Part shown: positions 6,228 through 13,909 of the stretch, piece by piece
Layout: each line of letters starts with the position of its first letter
Numbering within the stretch: the stretch's first letter is position 1
Assembly (NCBI GenBank): GCA_965261025.1
Contig: OZ253438.1
Span: 60,001-92,000 of the forward strand
Direction: 5' to 3'
Source: Chlamydiales bacterium
GTDB lineage: Bacteria; Chlamydiota; Chlamydiia; Chlamydiales; SM23-39
DNA length: 32,000 nucleotides
Notes under the pieces: generated by a model
What the model saw: only the letters and a program-made list of their open reading frames with translations
Database searches by the model: none
Told to the model about the DNA's origin: nothing
Made by a program: the position numbers and the translations under genes

Positions 6228-6467
6228 ATGAAAAATAAATTTAGACTTTCAAGACATATTCCTGAAAAAATCATTTTTGAAGAGATTAATAGGAACTTTG
6301 GAGGCCATAATATTTTGGTAAATAAAGAAGGAGAGTTCGTGTGGATAAATCCCAAGGGAGGGAAGGTAATACAAGCATCCTGTGAGGCTCGTTTTTCAAA
6401 GTTAGAAGATTCTTACGGACTTATTGTAGAAAATAACAGTAGCTTTAAACTATTTGGGAGGTCTTGA
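6228..6467 (+). CDS. Hypothetical small protein (79 aa), orphan
   Basis: An ATG-initiated ORF downstream of higA on the same strand. No motif recognised. Coding status is not independently supported. Confidence 0.4.
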   Translation: MKNKFRLSRHIPEKIIFEEINRNFGGHNILVNKEGEFVWINPKGGKVIQASCEARFSKLEDSYGLIVENNSSFKLFGRS

Positions 6468-6479
6468 AGTCTATAGAAA

Positions 6480-6749
6480 TTATTCAAAAAAATCTGCATG
6501 GGTTCCTGTTCTGACGAGAGTAAGTGTTTTTGAATCTAAAATGTAAATAAGAAGCCAATCACCTTCTATATGGCATTCCCAGTGGTCTTTGTAATTTCCT
6601 GAAAGTCGATGGTTTCTATATTTAGGAGGTAAGAGATAACCTTGCCTTAGAAGCTCTATGATAGAATTTATCTTAGATAGATTTTTTCCTCTTTTTTTGG
6701 ATAGTTTAAGGTCTTTTTTCATTTGATTGGTAACTGCAAGATCCAGCAT
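6480..6749 (-). CDS. yafQ: YafQ-like RelE-family mRNA interferase toxin
   Basis: KKDLKLSKKRGKNLSKINSIIELL...LPPKYRNHRLSGNYKDHWECHIEGDWLLIYILDSKTLTLVRTGTHADFF matches YafQ over its full length (KD.KL..KR, DH.L.G.w.g.r.cHv.pDwiLIY, RTGTH..lF). Its start codon abuts the antitoxin stop (TAAATG). Confidence 0.9.
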   Translation of the reverse strand: MLDLAVTNQMKKDLKLSKKRGKNLSKINSIIELLRQGYLLPPKYRNHRLSGNYKDHWECHIEGDWLLIYILDSKTLTLVRTGTHADFFE

Positions 6750-6992
6750 TTAAATGCCTAAATGGTCGCAAAGATCATTAAAATCCTTAAACTTAGAGGT
6801 TTTTCTTTTTCTGGCATCTGCTATAGCTTGTTTAGTGAGCTTTTTAGGTGTCTTGCTAGGATAGATCCTTTCGTGGATGCAGTCTATTACAAAATCTCTA
6901 ATAGTGGCATCTTCGGCAGCTGCTAGTACTTTAATTCTTTTATGATCTTTAAAAGGAACGTCAATGGACATACGGATCATCTTGGTTTGCAT
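6750..6992 (-). CDS. dinJ: DinJ/RelB-like ribbon-helix-helix antitoxin
   Basis: From ATG 6992 (RBS AAGAGG 8 nt upstream) it reads MQTKMIRMSIDVPFKDHKRIKVLAAAEDATIRDFV..., an RHH N-terminus. The C-terminus FKDFNDLCDHLGI is close to the E. coli DinJ C-terminus (DADDLFDKLGI). The longer track ORF, to 7097, would read through the noncoding repeat. Confidence 0.8.
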   Translation of the reverse strand: MQTKMIRMSIDVPFKDHKRIKVLAAAEDATIRDFVIDCIHERIYPSKTPKKLTKQAIADARKRKTSKFKDFNDLCDHLGI

Positions 6993-7023
6993 GATTTTTA
7001 CCTCTTTTTTTGTTATTTTACTT

Positions 7024-7039
7024 AAATAAGTAAATAAGT
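7024..7039. promoter_or_regulatory. Tandem 8-nt direct repeat, candidate operator of the dinJ-yafQ-like module
   Basis: AAATAAGT AAATAAGT lies 32-47 nt upstream of the antitoxin start. The overlapping ACTTAAATAAGT is nearly palindromic. Confidence 0.3.
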
Positions 7040-7049
7040 GCAATCCCAA

Positions 7050-7155
7050 GGGACATAAATGGGACAGCAGTCTTTCAAAAAAGCCAACTAAAGGCAATTA
7101 GCTTCAACAAATAAATTGATCTAATGCTCTCTTTTTTAGGTTGATAAGTGTTGAA
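7050..7155 (+). repeat. Copy 2 of the ~105-bp direct repeat (partner at 5225-5329), with weaker similarity continuing to ~7235
   Basis: GGGACATAAATGGGACAGCAGTCTTTCAAAAAAGCCAACTAAAGGC...TTTTTTAGGTTGATAAGTGTTGA. The hairpin is retained, with a T-A pair becoming a T-G wobble (GTCTTT/AAAGGC). Downstream, AGGAAAAGTAGGGGATGATCTAAAAC loosely parallels AGGAGAGAGTGGGATTTCAAAAG of copy 1, and GTGGTTGGA parallels GTTGGTTCGA. Confidence 0.8.
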
Positions 7156-7242
7156 AATGAGGAAAAGTAGGGGATGATCTAAAACAAGAAGTAGACCGTA
7201 CTCGACTTTTTTTGTGGTTGGATAGCTTTACCAATAAAAAGA

Positions 7243-8793
7243 TTATTTTGAAGTGAATATTCTCTCAGCTGAAGCAGAAGAGCTCCGCCGAAGAAGAAAT
7301 AAAAAGAAGAAAAAAAGGCAGGAGAAGAAAGAAAGAGGAAGAGAAAAGCTTTTTGCATAAAGGAAATATTCATAGCAGACAGGGGGGTGCAAAATAGAGC
7401 AAAGTAAAAAAGAAGAGAGCCATTTTACAAGAAAAAGAAGAGGAAAGAGAAAATCGCCTAGAAAGAAAAAAGTCATAATTACAAAAAGAAGGGGAAGGAG
7501 AAGTATTATGAAAAAGGGGACCCATAGATTATAGAGAAAAGAAAAAAGAGAAACCTTCTGAAATTTGTAGAGAAGAATAGGTGCTGTCATCATAAATAGG
7601 GCTACTTGCATGCTGAGAGCTCTTCTGTAAAAAGAACCTAGTGAATAGATTCCTCTTTCCAAGAGAGAAAAGCCTTTTTTCTCCTCTTTGTCTTTCAGGG
7701 CAAAAAAAGAGCCCCAAAGTCTATCCAAGACAGGGGTTCCTAGATAAAGAGCTATACAGCAGGAAAAACTCAAAAGAAACCCTAGATGGCTAAGGTAATG
7801 GGGAAAGAGAAGGAGTTCAAAAAAAAGAGAGGCGCCTAAAAGATTTAAAAAATCGGTTTTTTTGTGGAGAAGTTCAGCTAAAAAATAAAAAAGCAGGATA
7901 AACCAAGTTCTTAAAACAGAAGGTAGAGGCCCTAGGAAAAGAAAATAACAGGAGGTAAAGAAAAAAGTAAGAGAAAGGCTTTTTCGATGAGAAAGAAACT
8001 GGGAGAGCAAAAAATAGAAGAAAAGGGAAAGGAGAGAGAAATGAAACCCAGAAATGGCTAGGAGATGAGAGAGTCCTAATCTAGAAAAAGTAAAGCGAAG
8101 ATAGGGATTTGTTAATTCTGAAGTAAACAGAGCATAAAGAAAGTCCACCAGGTCTTTTTTTTCAAAATGATGAGATAAAAACTGGTAGATTTTCTTTTTC
8201 AGGGACACTCTTATAGCATCAAAAGAAAAGGTAGAGTCTATAGCCACTAAGGAAGAGGGTAGAGGTTTGAAAACAATACGATCCTCTTGTCTTTGTAAAA
8301 AACCTTCTGCTGCATATATTTTTGAAGAAGAGAGAAAAGGAGGTTTGGTTCGGGAAATAATTACGGGGAGTTTTTTCCATTTTTGTTTTTCTAAAAAAAT
8401 CAGTGAGGATTCATACTGCTTTCTTTGCCCGAAAGAAGTAGCCGAAAGAGTGGTTTTTTTTATTTTAAAAAAACCCTCTATCTTCCCAGAAGGAGTAGGA
8501 CAGGGCAAGCGAGTAAAATGAAATAGAGCTAAAAGAAAACAAAATAGGGCGAGAAAAAGCTTTTGTTTATCAAAGAAAATAAGAGGTAAGAAAAGGGCAG
8601 AAAACCCTACTAAAAAACAGGGAGAAAGACTCTTGATAAAAGCTCCTCCTAGGGCAAAAGAAAGGCCAGATACCAAAGCAGGTCTTTTTTTCCAGAAGTA
8701 GGCTAGTCTTTGGAGCGTTTCCTTAGTTCTTCCTCGATACTTCGGTTGATCAAACGGGCACCCCTTTGGTTGGTATAATATGCGAAAAGCCAT
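7243..8793 (-). CDS. comEC: ComEC/Rec2 family DNA internalization channel protein
   Basis: A polytopic membrane protein with the ComEC core motif SRLGLSHLLAISGFHFSLLSL and an N-terminal DUF4131-like region. ATG 8793 overlaps the ndh 3-prime end by 91 nt. TTG 8676 (L40) is an alternative start that removes the overlap. Confidence 0.8.
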   Translation of the reverse strand: MAFRILYQPKGCPFDQPKYRGRTKETLQRLAYFWKKRPALVSGLSFALGGAFIKSLSPCFLVGFSALFLPLIFFDKQKLFLALFCFLLALFHFTRLPCPTPSGKIEGFFKIKKTTLSATSFGQRKQYESSLIFLEKQKWKKLPVIISRTKPPFLSSSKIYAAEGFLQRQEDRIVFKPLPSSLVAIDSTFSFDAIRVSLKKKIYQFLSHHFEKKDLVDFLYALFTSELTNPYLRFTFSRLGLSHLLAISGFHFSLLSLFFYFLLSQFLSHRKSLSLTFFFTSCYFLFLGPLPSVLRTWFILLFYFLAELLHKKTDFLNLLGASLFFELLLFPHYLSHLGFLLSFSCCIALYLGTPVLDRLWGSFFALKDKEEKKGFSLLERGIYSLGSFYRRALSMQVALFMMTAPILLYKFQKVSLFSFLYNLWVPFFIILLLPLLFVIMTFFFLGDFLFPLLFLVKWLSSFLLCSILHPPVCYEYFLYAKSFSLPLSFFSCLFFFFLFLLRRSSSASAERIFTSK

Positions 8794-9977
8794 TGGGATA
8801 ACACAATGAACTTATTGCGAAATCCAATCAAATATAAAATATGCACAAAACACCAAGCAAACCAGGCAAAAAAGCCATGAAATTGAATTTTTCCAAACAG
8901 GCCGATAGCTCGAGTTTTTCCGATAGTTGCCATAGTGCCTTTGTCAAGATAGCGAAAAGCAGGCCTTTTTTCTTTGGGAAGATTTTTTTTTAAAAGGTTT
9001 GCTACATATTTTCCTTGTTGTACAGCAACGGGTGCAAGGCCGGGTAAAAAATGGGACTCTTTTACAGAAAAAGCAGCGGCATCTCCTAGCACAAATACTT
9101 CTGGATGATCGGGTATAGCAAGGTCTTTGTCTACTAAAACTCTGCCTTGTTTATCCAAAGGTACCTCTAGGGTTTTTAGAAGAGGAGACGCTTGATTGCC
9201 TGCCGCCCAGATAACATTTCTTGCAGGAATGAAGGTTTCCTCAATTTGAACCCCCTCTTCATTGATATTCGTCACCCTTTTTCCAGAAATTACCTTTACC
9301 CCAAATTTTTCCAGGTAATATTGGGCTTTCTGGGAGAGTCTTTCGGGATATACAGGGAGAATATGGGGAGAGCCTTCTACTAGGTAAATCTTAGACTGAG
9401 TTGTATCAATACGACGAAAATTTTTCAGCATAGTATCATGGGCAATCTCTGCTAGAGCACCCGCTAGCTCTACCCCTGTAGGACCTCCTCCTACAATAAC
9501 GAAATTGAGATATTTTTTTGCTTCTAAAATGCTGTCGCATCTTTCCGCTTTTTCAAAAGAGATCAAAATTCTCTCTCGGATTCTTAAGGCATCAGATAAG
9601 GTTTTGATTCCTGGAGCAAATTTTTCCCATTCCTCTTTTCCAAAATAGCAATGTTTGGCCCCTACTGCTAATATGAGATAATCATAACCAATTTCATCCC
9701 CGTTTTGGAGGGTGACGAGTTTATTGGTTTTATCTACCTTGGTTGCTTCTCCCATGATTACGGTGATATTGGGGTAAGGAGCTAAAATCTCTCGGATAGG
9801 CATAGCAATGTCTGCTGGAGACAAAGCAGCAGAGGCTACCTGATATAGAAGAGGTTGAAATAGATGATGATTTGTCTTGTCAAGAAGCCATACGTCCCAC
9901 TTTTCTCCTCCCAGTTTTTTTGCAGCGTTCAGTCCTGCAAAACCGCCTCCAATAATCAATACTCTCGAATATGCCAT
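8703..9977 (-). CDS. ndh: Type II NADH dehydrogenase (NDH-2), FAD-dependent pyridine nucleotide-disulfide oxidoreductase
   Basis: Two Rossmann dinucleotide motifs are present, VLIIGGGFAGLNAA and FVIVGGGPTGVELAG, plus VFVLGDAA and a C-terminal amphipathic membrane anchor. I prefer the start MAYSRV at 9977 (AAGGA upstream). The track ORF extends to 10010. Confidence 0.9.
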   Translation of the reverse strand: MAYSRVLIIGGGFAGLNAAKKLGGEKWDVWLLDKTNHHLFQPLLYQVASAALSPADIAMPIREILAPYPNITVIMGEATKVDKTNKLVTLQNGDEIGYDYLILAVGAKHCYFGKEEWEKFAPGIKTLSDALRIRERILISFEKAERCDSILEAKKYLNFVIVGGGPTGVELAGALAEIAHDTMLKNFRRIDTTQSKIYLVEGSPHILPVYPERLSQKAQYYLEKFGVKVISGKRVTNINEEGVQIEETFIPARNVIWAAGNQASPLLKTLEVPLDKQGRVLVDKDLAIPDHPEVFVLGDAAAFSVKESHFLPGLAPVAVQQGKYVANLLKKNLPKEKRPAFRYLDKGTMATIGKTRAIGLFGKIQFHGFFAWFAWCFVHILYLIGFRNKFIVLSQWLFAYYTNQRGARLINRSIEEELRKRSKD

Positions 9978-10114
9978 GTTAAGGATTCCTTTTGTTCTCC
10001 AATATAGCAAAATGAATTTCTGAAAAAAGCTTTTTTTCCTGGAAAAGCTTTTGTTCTATAAATAATCCTTTTGCCTTGTTAGGATAGAAAAGGTAGGCAG
10101 AGGTTTTCTTTTCG

Positions 10115-10891
10115 GTGAACTCTTTAGTGAAAAACCACTATGAAAAGTCAAATGGGCTTTTTTCTGAGGTGCTTTTTTTCTCGCAAGATAGGATTTCCTG
10201 GGAGGAGACCAAGAAGAAAATTCCTGAATTCCCTAAGGGGTGGTATGAACTTTCTTGTTTAAATGATCCAGATCGAATTGAGTTTACTAAGGAGTATTGG
10301 TTAAAAGTTCTTCCTTTTGTTCCGAAAGCACATCCTAAAATTATCCGCTTTTTTCAAGGACTAGATGACGTGGGAATCTATGCTTTTTTGCCGAAAAATC
10401 AGGAGAAATGGCAACTTGAGTTTATCTATAGTCTAAAGAATGAGGCTTGTTTTTTTCGAGGGGGGCTTTTTGCAAGGGAAGGATCCATCCAGGCTTTAAA
10501 TCAGCAGCTGCAGCATGTTCTACCGAAAGATTATTTGGCTTTTTTTCAGATTCACAACGGTTTTGCAAGGCATAATGACATAGGAATCCTTCATTTAGAA
10601 CAAGTTATACCGTGCCAAAAGCAACTGGAAAGAATCTTGCTGGATTCTCAAAAAAGGTACACTCCTTCTATTATTTACGAAAGGGATTCTTTAATTCCTT
10701 TTTATGAGTGCTTTGGCCTACATTCCTTTCAGTGTTTTTTTAAAGAATGGTACCCTACTTCAGAAATAGGGAATGTCTATTTTTCAGGAGTAGATTATAC
10801 TATCTCCAAGGTAGTGAAAGCAGAAGAGGATTTGGCTTTTGAAAGTTTTTCAAAGTGGCTTGCTTTTTATTTAGAAGGGAGAGAAACATGA
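10115..10891 (+). CDS. Hypothetical protein with SMI1/KNR4 (SUKH-1)-like domain
   Basis: QHVLPKDYLAFFQIHNGF matches the SUKH/SMI1_KNR4 signature (lP.dY..fl...NG). GTG start. It occupies the position between comEC/ndh and the PTS genes where Chlamydia carries a conserved hypothetical. Confidence 0.55.
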   Translation: MNSLVKNHYEKSNGLFSEVLFFSQDRISWEETKKKIPEFPKGWYELSCLNDPDRIEFTKEYWLKVLPFVPKAHPKIIRFFQGLDDVGIYAFLPKNQEKWQLEFIYSLKNEACFFRGGLFAREGSIQALNQQLQHVLPKDYLAFFQIHNGFARHNDIGILHLEQVIPCQKQLERILLDSQKRYTPSIIYERDSLIPFYECFGLHSFQCFFKEWYPTSEIGNVYFSGVDYTISKVVKAEEDLAFESFSKWLAFYLEGRET

Positions 10892-10898
10892 AGGGTTT

Positions 10899-11846
10899 AT
10901 GCCGTTTACCCTAGAGGAATTTTTTCGTAAATACAAAAAAGCTATAGGACTTGAGCTAATAACAGATAAGAGAGGGCTTTCTCGAAGAGTAGAAAGACCA
11001 GAGATATATAGGCCAGGTCTTAGTCTTTCTGGTTATTTAAAGAATATGGCTACCCGAGGCTTTTTGTTATTTGGGAGAGTGGAAATTTCTTATCTAAAAG
11101 AGCTTTCTGCAGAGCTGCGTCTCAAGCGTCTTCGGGACGTTTTACAAGAAAAAATTACGGCTATCATCATAGCAAGAAGAGCTACTCCTTCTAAGGAAAT
11201 GCTCCAGGTATGTGAAGAAAAAAAGATCCCTCTATTTGCCACAAGCGATACAGCTACTTCTTGCTTTAGTAAAATGAGCTATTTTTTGAATGAAGAAACT
11301 TCTCCAGAACTTTCTTTACATGCTACTTTAGTAGAGCTTTTTGGAGTAGGTGCTTTGATTCAAGGTCCTTCCTCTGTAGGGAAAAGTGAAACGGCTTTAG
11401 GGCTTGTTGAAAGAGGGCATAGGCTTGTCTCAGATGACTTAGTGCGCATTCGAAAAAAGGAAGGGTCTATTTTAGAGGGAACAGGACCTGAATTGGGGAG
11501 ACATCTAATTGAAATTAGAGGGATTGGCATTATTAATGTAGCCCATCTTTACGGAGCTGTTAGCGTAAGAGAGAGTAAGGGGATTGATCTGGTAGTTCGG
11601 ATGGAAGAATGGAATAGGGCCCATTTTTACGATCGAGTAGGATTAGAAGAAAAATCTACGGAAATTTTGGGCGTAAGCCTTCCCTATTACATGCTTCCTA
11701 TAAAACCGGGAAGAGACTTAGTGCTCTTGATGGAGGCTTTAATACTCAATCACAAATTAAAGGCGATGGGGTATCATTCAGCAAAAGAATTTAATGCAAA
11801 GTTGCTGAAGACTTTAATGGAAAAAGGGAAGAGGCAACGAGTATAG
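10899..11846 (+). CDS. hprK: HPr kinase/phosphorylase
   Basis: The P-loop is GPSSVGKSETALGLVERGHRLVSDDLV, with the signature IEIRGIGIINV. It lies directly upstream of ptsH. Confidence 0.92.
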   Translation: MPFTLEEFFRKYKKAIGLELITDKRGLSRRVERPEIYRPGLSLSGYLKNMATRGFLLFGRVEISYLKELSAELRLKRLRDVLQEKITAIIIARRATPSKEMLQVCEEKKIPLFATSDTATSCFSKMSYFLNEETSPELSLHATLVELFGVGALIQGPSSVGKSETALGLVERGHRLVSDDLVRIRKKEGSILEGTGPELGRHLIEIRGIGIINVAHLYGAVSVRESKGIDLVVRMEEWNRAHFYDRVGLEEKSTEILGVSLPYYMLPIKPGRDLVLLMEALILNHKLKAMGYHSAKEFNAKLLKTLMEKGKRQRV

Positions 11847-11847
11847 A

Positions 11848-12117
11848 ATGAGACTTTCTAAAAAATTTAAGGTAAAAAATGAGTTAGGTCTGCATACAAG
11901 GCCTGCAACGCAAATTGTAAAGATTTTAGAAGCGTTTCGCTCTTCTGTCTACTTCACTTATAAAAAAGATACAATCAATGCACGAAGCATTATGAGTATT
12001 CTTATTTTAGCGGTAAGTAAAAATGCTCAGATTACTGTGACAGTAGAAGGCGAAGATGCACTGGATGTAATGGATCGTTTAGTGCAATTTTTTGAAGAAG
12101 GGATGAAGGAGATTTGA
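11848..12117 (+). CDS. ptsH: Phosphocarrier protein HPr
   Basis: The His15 site is NELGLHTRPATQIV, and the regulatory Ser46 context is INARSIMSILIL. It is 89 aa long and starts 2 nt after the hprK stop. Confidence 0.92.
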   Translation: MRLSKKFKVKNELGLHTRPATQIVKILEAFRSSVYFTYKKDTINARSIMSILILAVSKNAQITVTVEGEDALDVMDRLVQFFEEGMKEI

Positions 12118-13892
12118 AAAAAGAAATAAAAATATTGCCTATTTCAGAAAAAAAATTACAGGGAGTAGCTGTCAGTTCCGGGATTGCCATAGGCTCTCCT
12201 TTTTTCTCACCTGTTGATATAGCGGTTGTCCCCGAATATCAACTTTCTTCGGAAGAAGTGGAAAAAGAAATTGGGCATTATCAAAAGGCGCTTGCTAAAA
12301 GCAAGAAAGAAATTTTTACCTTAAAATCCCACTGTGGAGAAGAAGAAAACAAGGAAATTGCTTCTATTTTAGAAGCACATCTTCAGATTTTAAAAGATCC
12401 TTTGATTACGCAAGGGATTGAAGAAGAAATCCGGAATGCGAAAAAAAACTCTGCCTATATTTTTTCTGAAACTATGGGAGCTTTGAAAAATCGGTTGCAG
12501 AGCTCTTCTGATCCGATTTTTCAAGAAAGAGTACAAGATGTTTCAGATATTTATAGAAGAGTTCTCTCCCATCTTCTACCTTCTGGAGAAAAAAAGAGCG
12601 TGCTTTTAGAAAGTATTTTGGTTGTTTTAGAACTTACTCCCTCTATTGCTATGGAAGTAGAAGATAAAACTTGGGTTGGTTTTATCAGCCAGCAAGGGGG
12701 GATCTCTTCTCATGCAGCCATAATAGCCAGAGCTAAAAAGATCCCTTACGTAACGGGGATTGAAATATCGAGTCTTGAAAAAACAAAAATATTTGAAGTG
12801 ATTATAGATGGATTTGAAGGAAAGGTAATTCTGAATCCAGAAGAAAAAACTAAAGAGAAATACAGGAAAATCAAAGAACGGAAGGAAAGAAACTTTTTTT
12901 CTCTTAGAAAGAAGGTACATCTTGAGGCCAAGACCTTAGATGGCAAGGTCTTTTCTATTATGGCCAATGTGGATAATTGGGAAGAACTTTCTTCTATTGA
13001 GCCGTATCAGACGGAAGGAATAGGGCTTTTTCGAGGAGAGTATCTTTTGTTTTCTAAAAAAAGAATGCTAGGCGAAAAAGAGCAGATAAGAGCCTATCAA
13101 AGGTTAATAGAAGGGGTTTCTCCTTCAAGCCCTGTAGTAATTCGCCTTTTTGACTTAGGAGGTGACAAGCCTTTTCTTCCCTTGCATAAGGAAGAGCAAA
13201 ATCCGGCCTTGGGATGTAGAGGAATAAGGCTTCTTTTAAAGTATCCCGTTTTTCTTCAAACGCAACTAAGGGCTCTTTTAAGAGCAAACCAGAGGGGAAA
13301 TATCCGTCTTTTGATTCCTATGCTTTCAGAAATAGATGAGGTAAGAAAAGTGAAGTTTTTTTTAAAGGAAGCAGAGAAGTCTTTGCAGAAAGAAGGGGTT
13401 CCTTTTCAAAAGATTACTCATTTAGGAGCGATGTTAGAGGTGCCTTCTGCCGCCTTTCTTTGTGAAGAATTTTGTAAGGAAGTAGATTTTATCTCCATTG
13501 GAAGTAATGATTTAACGCAGCATGTATTAGGTATTGATAGAACCAATCCTTTTATTTTTTCTTTACACAATCCTTTACATCCTGCCTTGATTCGTTTGAT
13601 AAAAAACATAGTAAATTCGTGTGAACGGCAGAAGAAGAAGTTAATTTTCTGTGGAGAAATGATAGCGCAGCCTTTTTACGTGCCTCTCCTGATAGGACTG
13701 GGCCTTTGCGCTTTCTCCTTATCTTTACCGAATATTCCTTTTTTTAAAAAGATTGTTCGCAAGGTAAGTTTTGCAGAATGTAGGAAAATAGCCGACAAAG
13801 CATTAAAAATTGGTTCTTCACAAGAGTTATTGCAGTGTGTAAAAGCAGGCTATAAGAAAGCCTACTTCGATAAATTAGTAGGCTCTTTTTAA
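12114..13892 (+). CDS. ptsI: Phosphoenolpyruvate-protein phosphotransferase (PTS enzyme I)
   Basis: The active-site His region is GGISSHAAIIARAKKIPYV. The PEP-utilising signature is FISIGSNDLTQHVLGIDR. It overlaps ptsH by 4 nt (TTG start). Confidence 0.92.
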   Translation: MKKEIKILPISEKKLQGVAVSSGIAIGSPFFSPVDIAVVPEYQLSSEEVEKEIGHYQKALAKSKKEIFTLKSHCGEEENKEIASILEAHLQILKDPLITQGIEEEIRNAKKNSAYIFSETMGALKNRLQSSSDPIFQERVQDVSDIYRRVLSHLLPSGEKKSVLLESILVVLELTPSIAMEVEDKTWVGFISQQGGISSHAAIIARAKKIPYVTGIEISSLEKTKIFEVIIDGFEGKVILNPEEKTKEKYRKIKERKERNFFSLRKKVHLEAKTLDGKVFSIMANVDNWEELSSIEPYQTEGIGLFRGEYLLFSKKRMLGEKEQIRAYQRLIEGVSPSSPVVIRLFDLGGDKPFLPLHKEEQNPALGCRGIRLLLKYPVFLQTQLRALLRANQRGNIRLLIPMLSEIDEVRKVKFFLKEAEKSLQKEGVPFQKITHLGAMLEVPSAAFLCEEFCKEVDFISIGSNDLTQHVLGIDRTNPFIFSLHNPLHPALIRLIKNIVNSCERQKKKLIFCGEMIAQPFYVPLLIGLGLCAFSLSLPNIPFFKKIVRKVSFAECRKIADKALKIGSSQELLQCVKAGYKKAYFDKLVGSF

Positions 13893-13909
13893 ATACAGAA
13901 TTCAGATTA

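Noticed and set aside
6993-7097. N-terminal 35-codon extension of the 115-aa track ORF (MPLVGFFERLLSHLCPLGLHLFTYLSKITKKEVKI...)
   Set aside because: The extension reads through repeat copy 2 and the candidate operator. A strong RBS (AAGAGG) precedes the internal ATG at 6992, and the RHH antitoxin domain begins there.
7179-8521. Small ORFs (7179-7373, 7529-7717 minus; 8267-8521 plus) and the long polypurine runs on the plus strand
   Set aside because: They overlap the comEC CDS in other frames or on the other strand. The purine runs are simply the complement of Phe/Leu/Ser-rich membrane-protein codons, not a repeat element.
12627-13609. Several 60-100-aa minus-strand ORFs within ptsI
   Set aside because: They are antisense to a confidently identified ptsI and give low-complexity translations.
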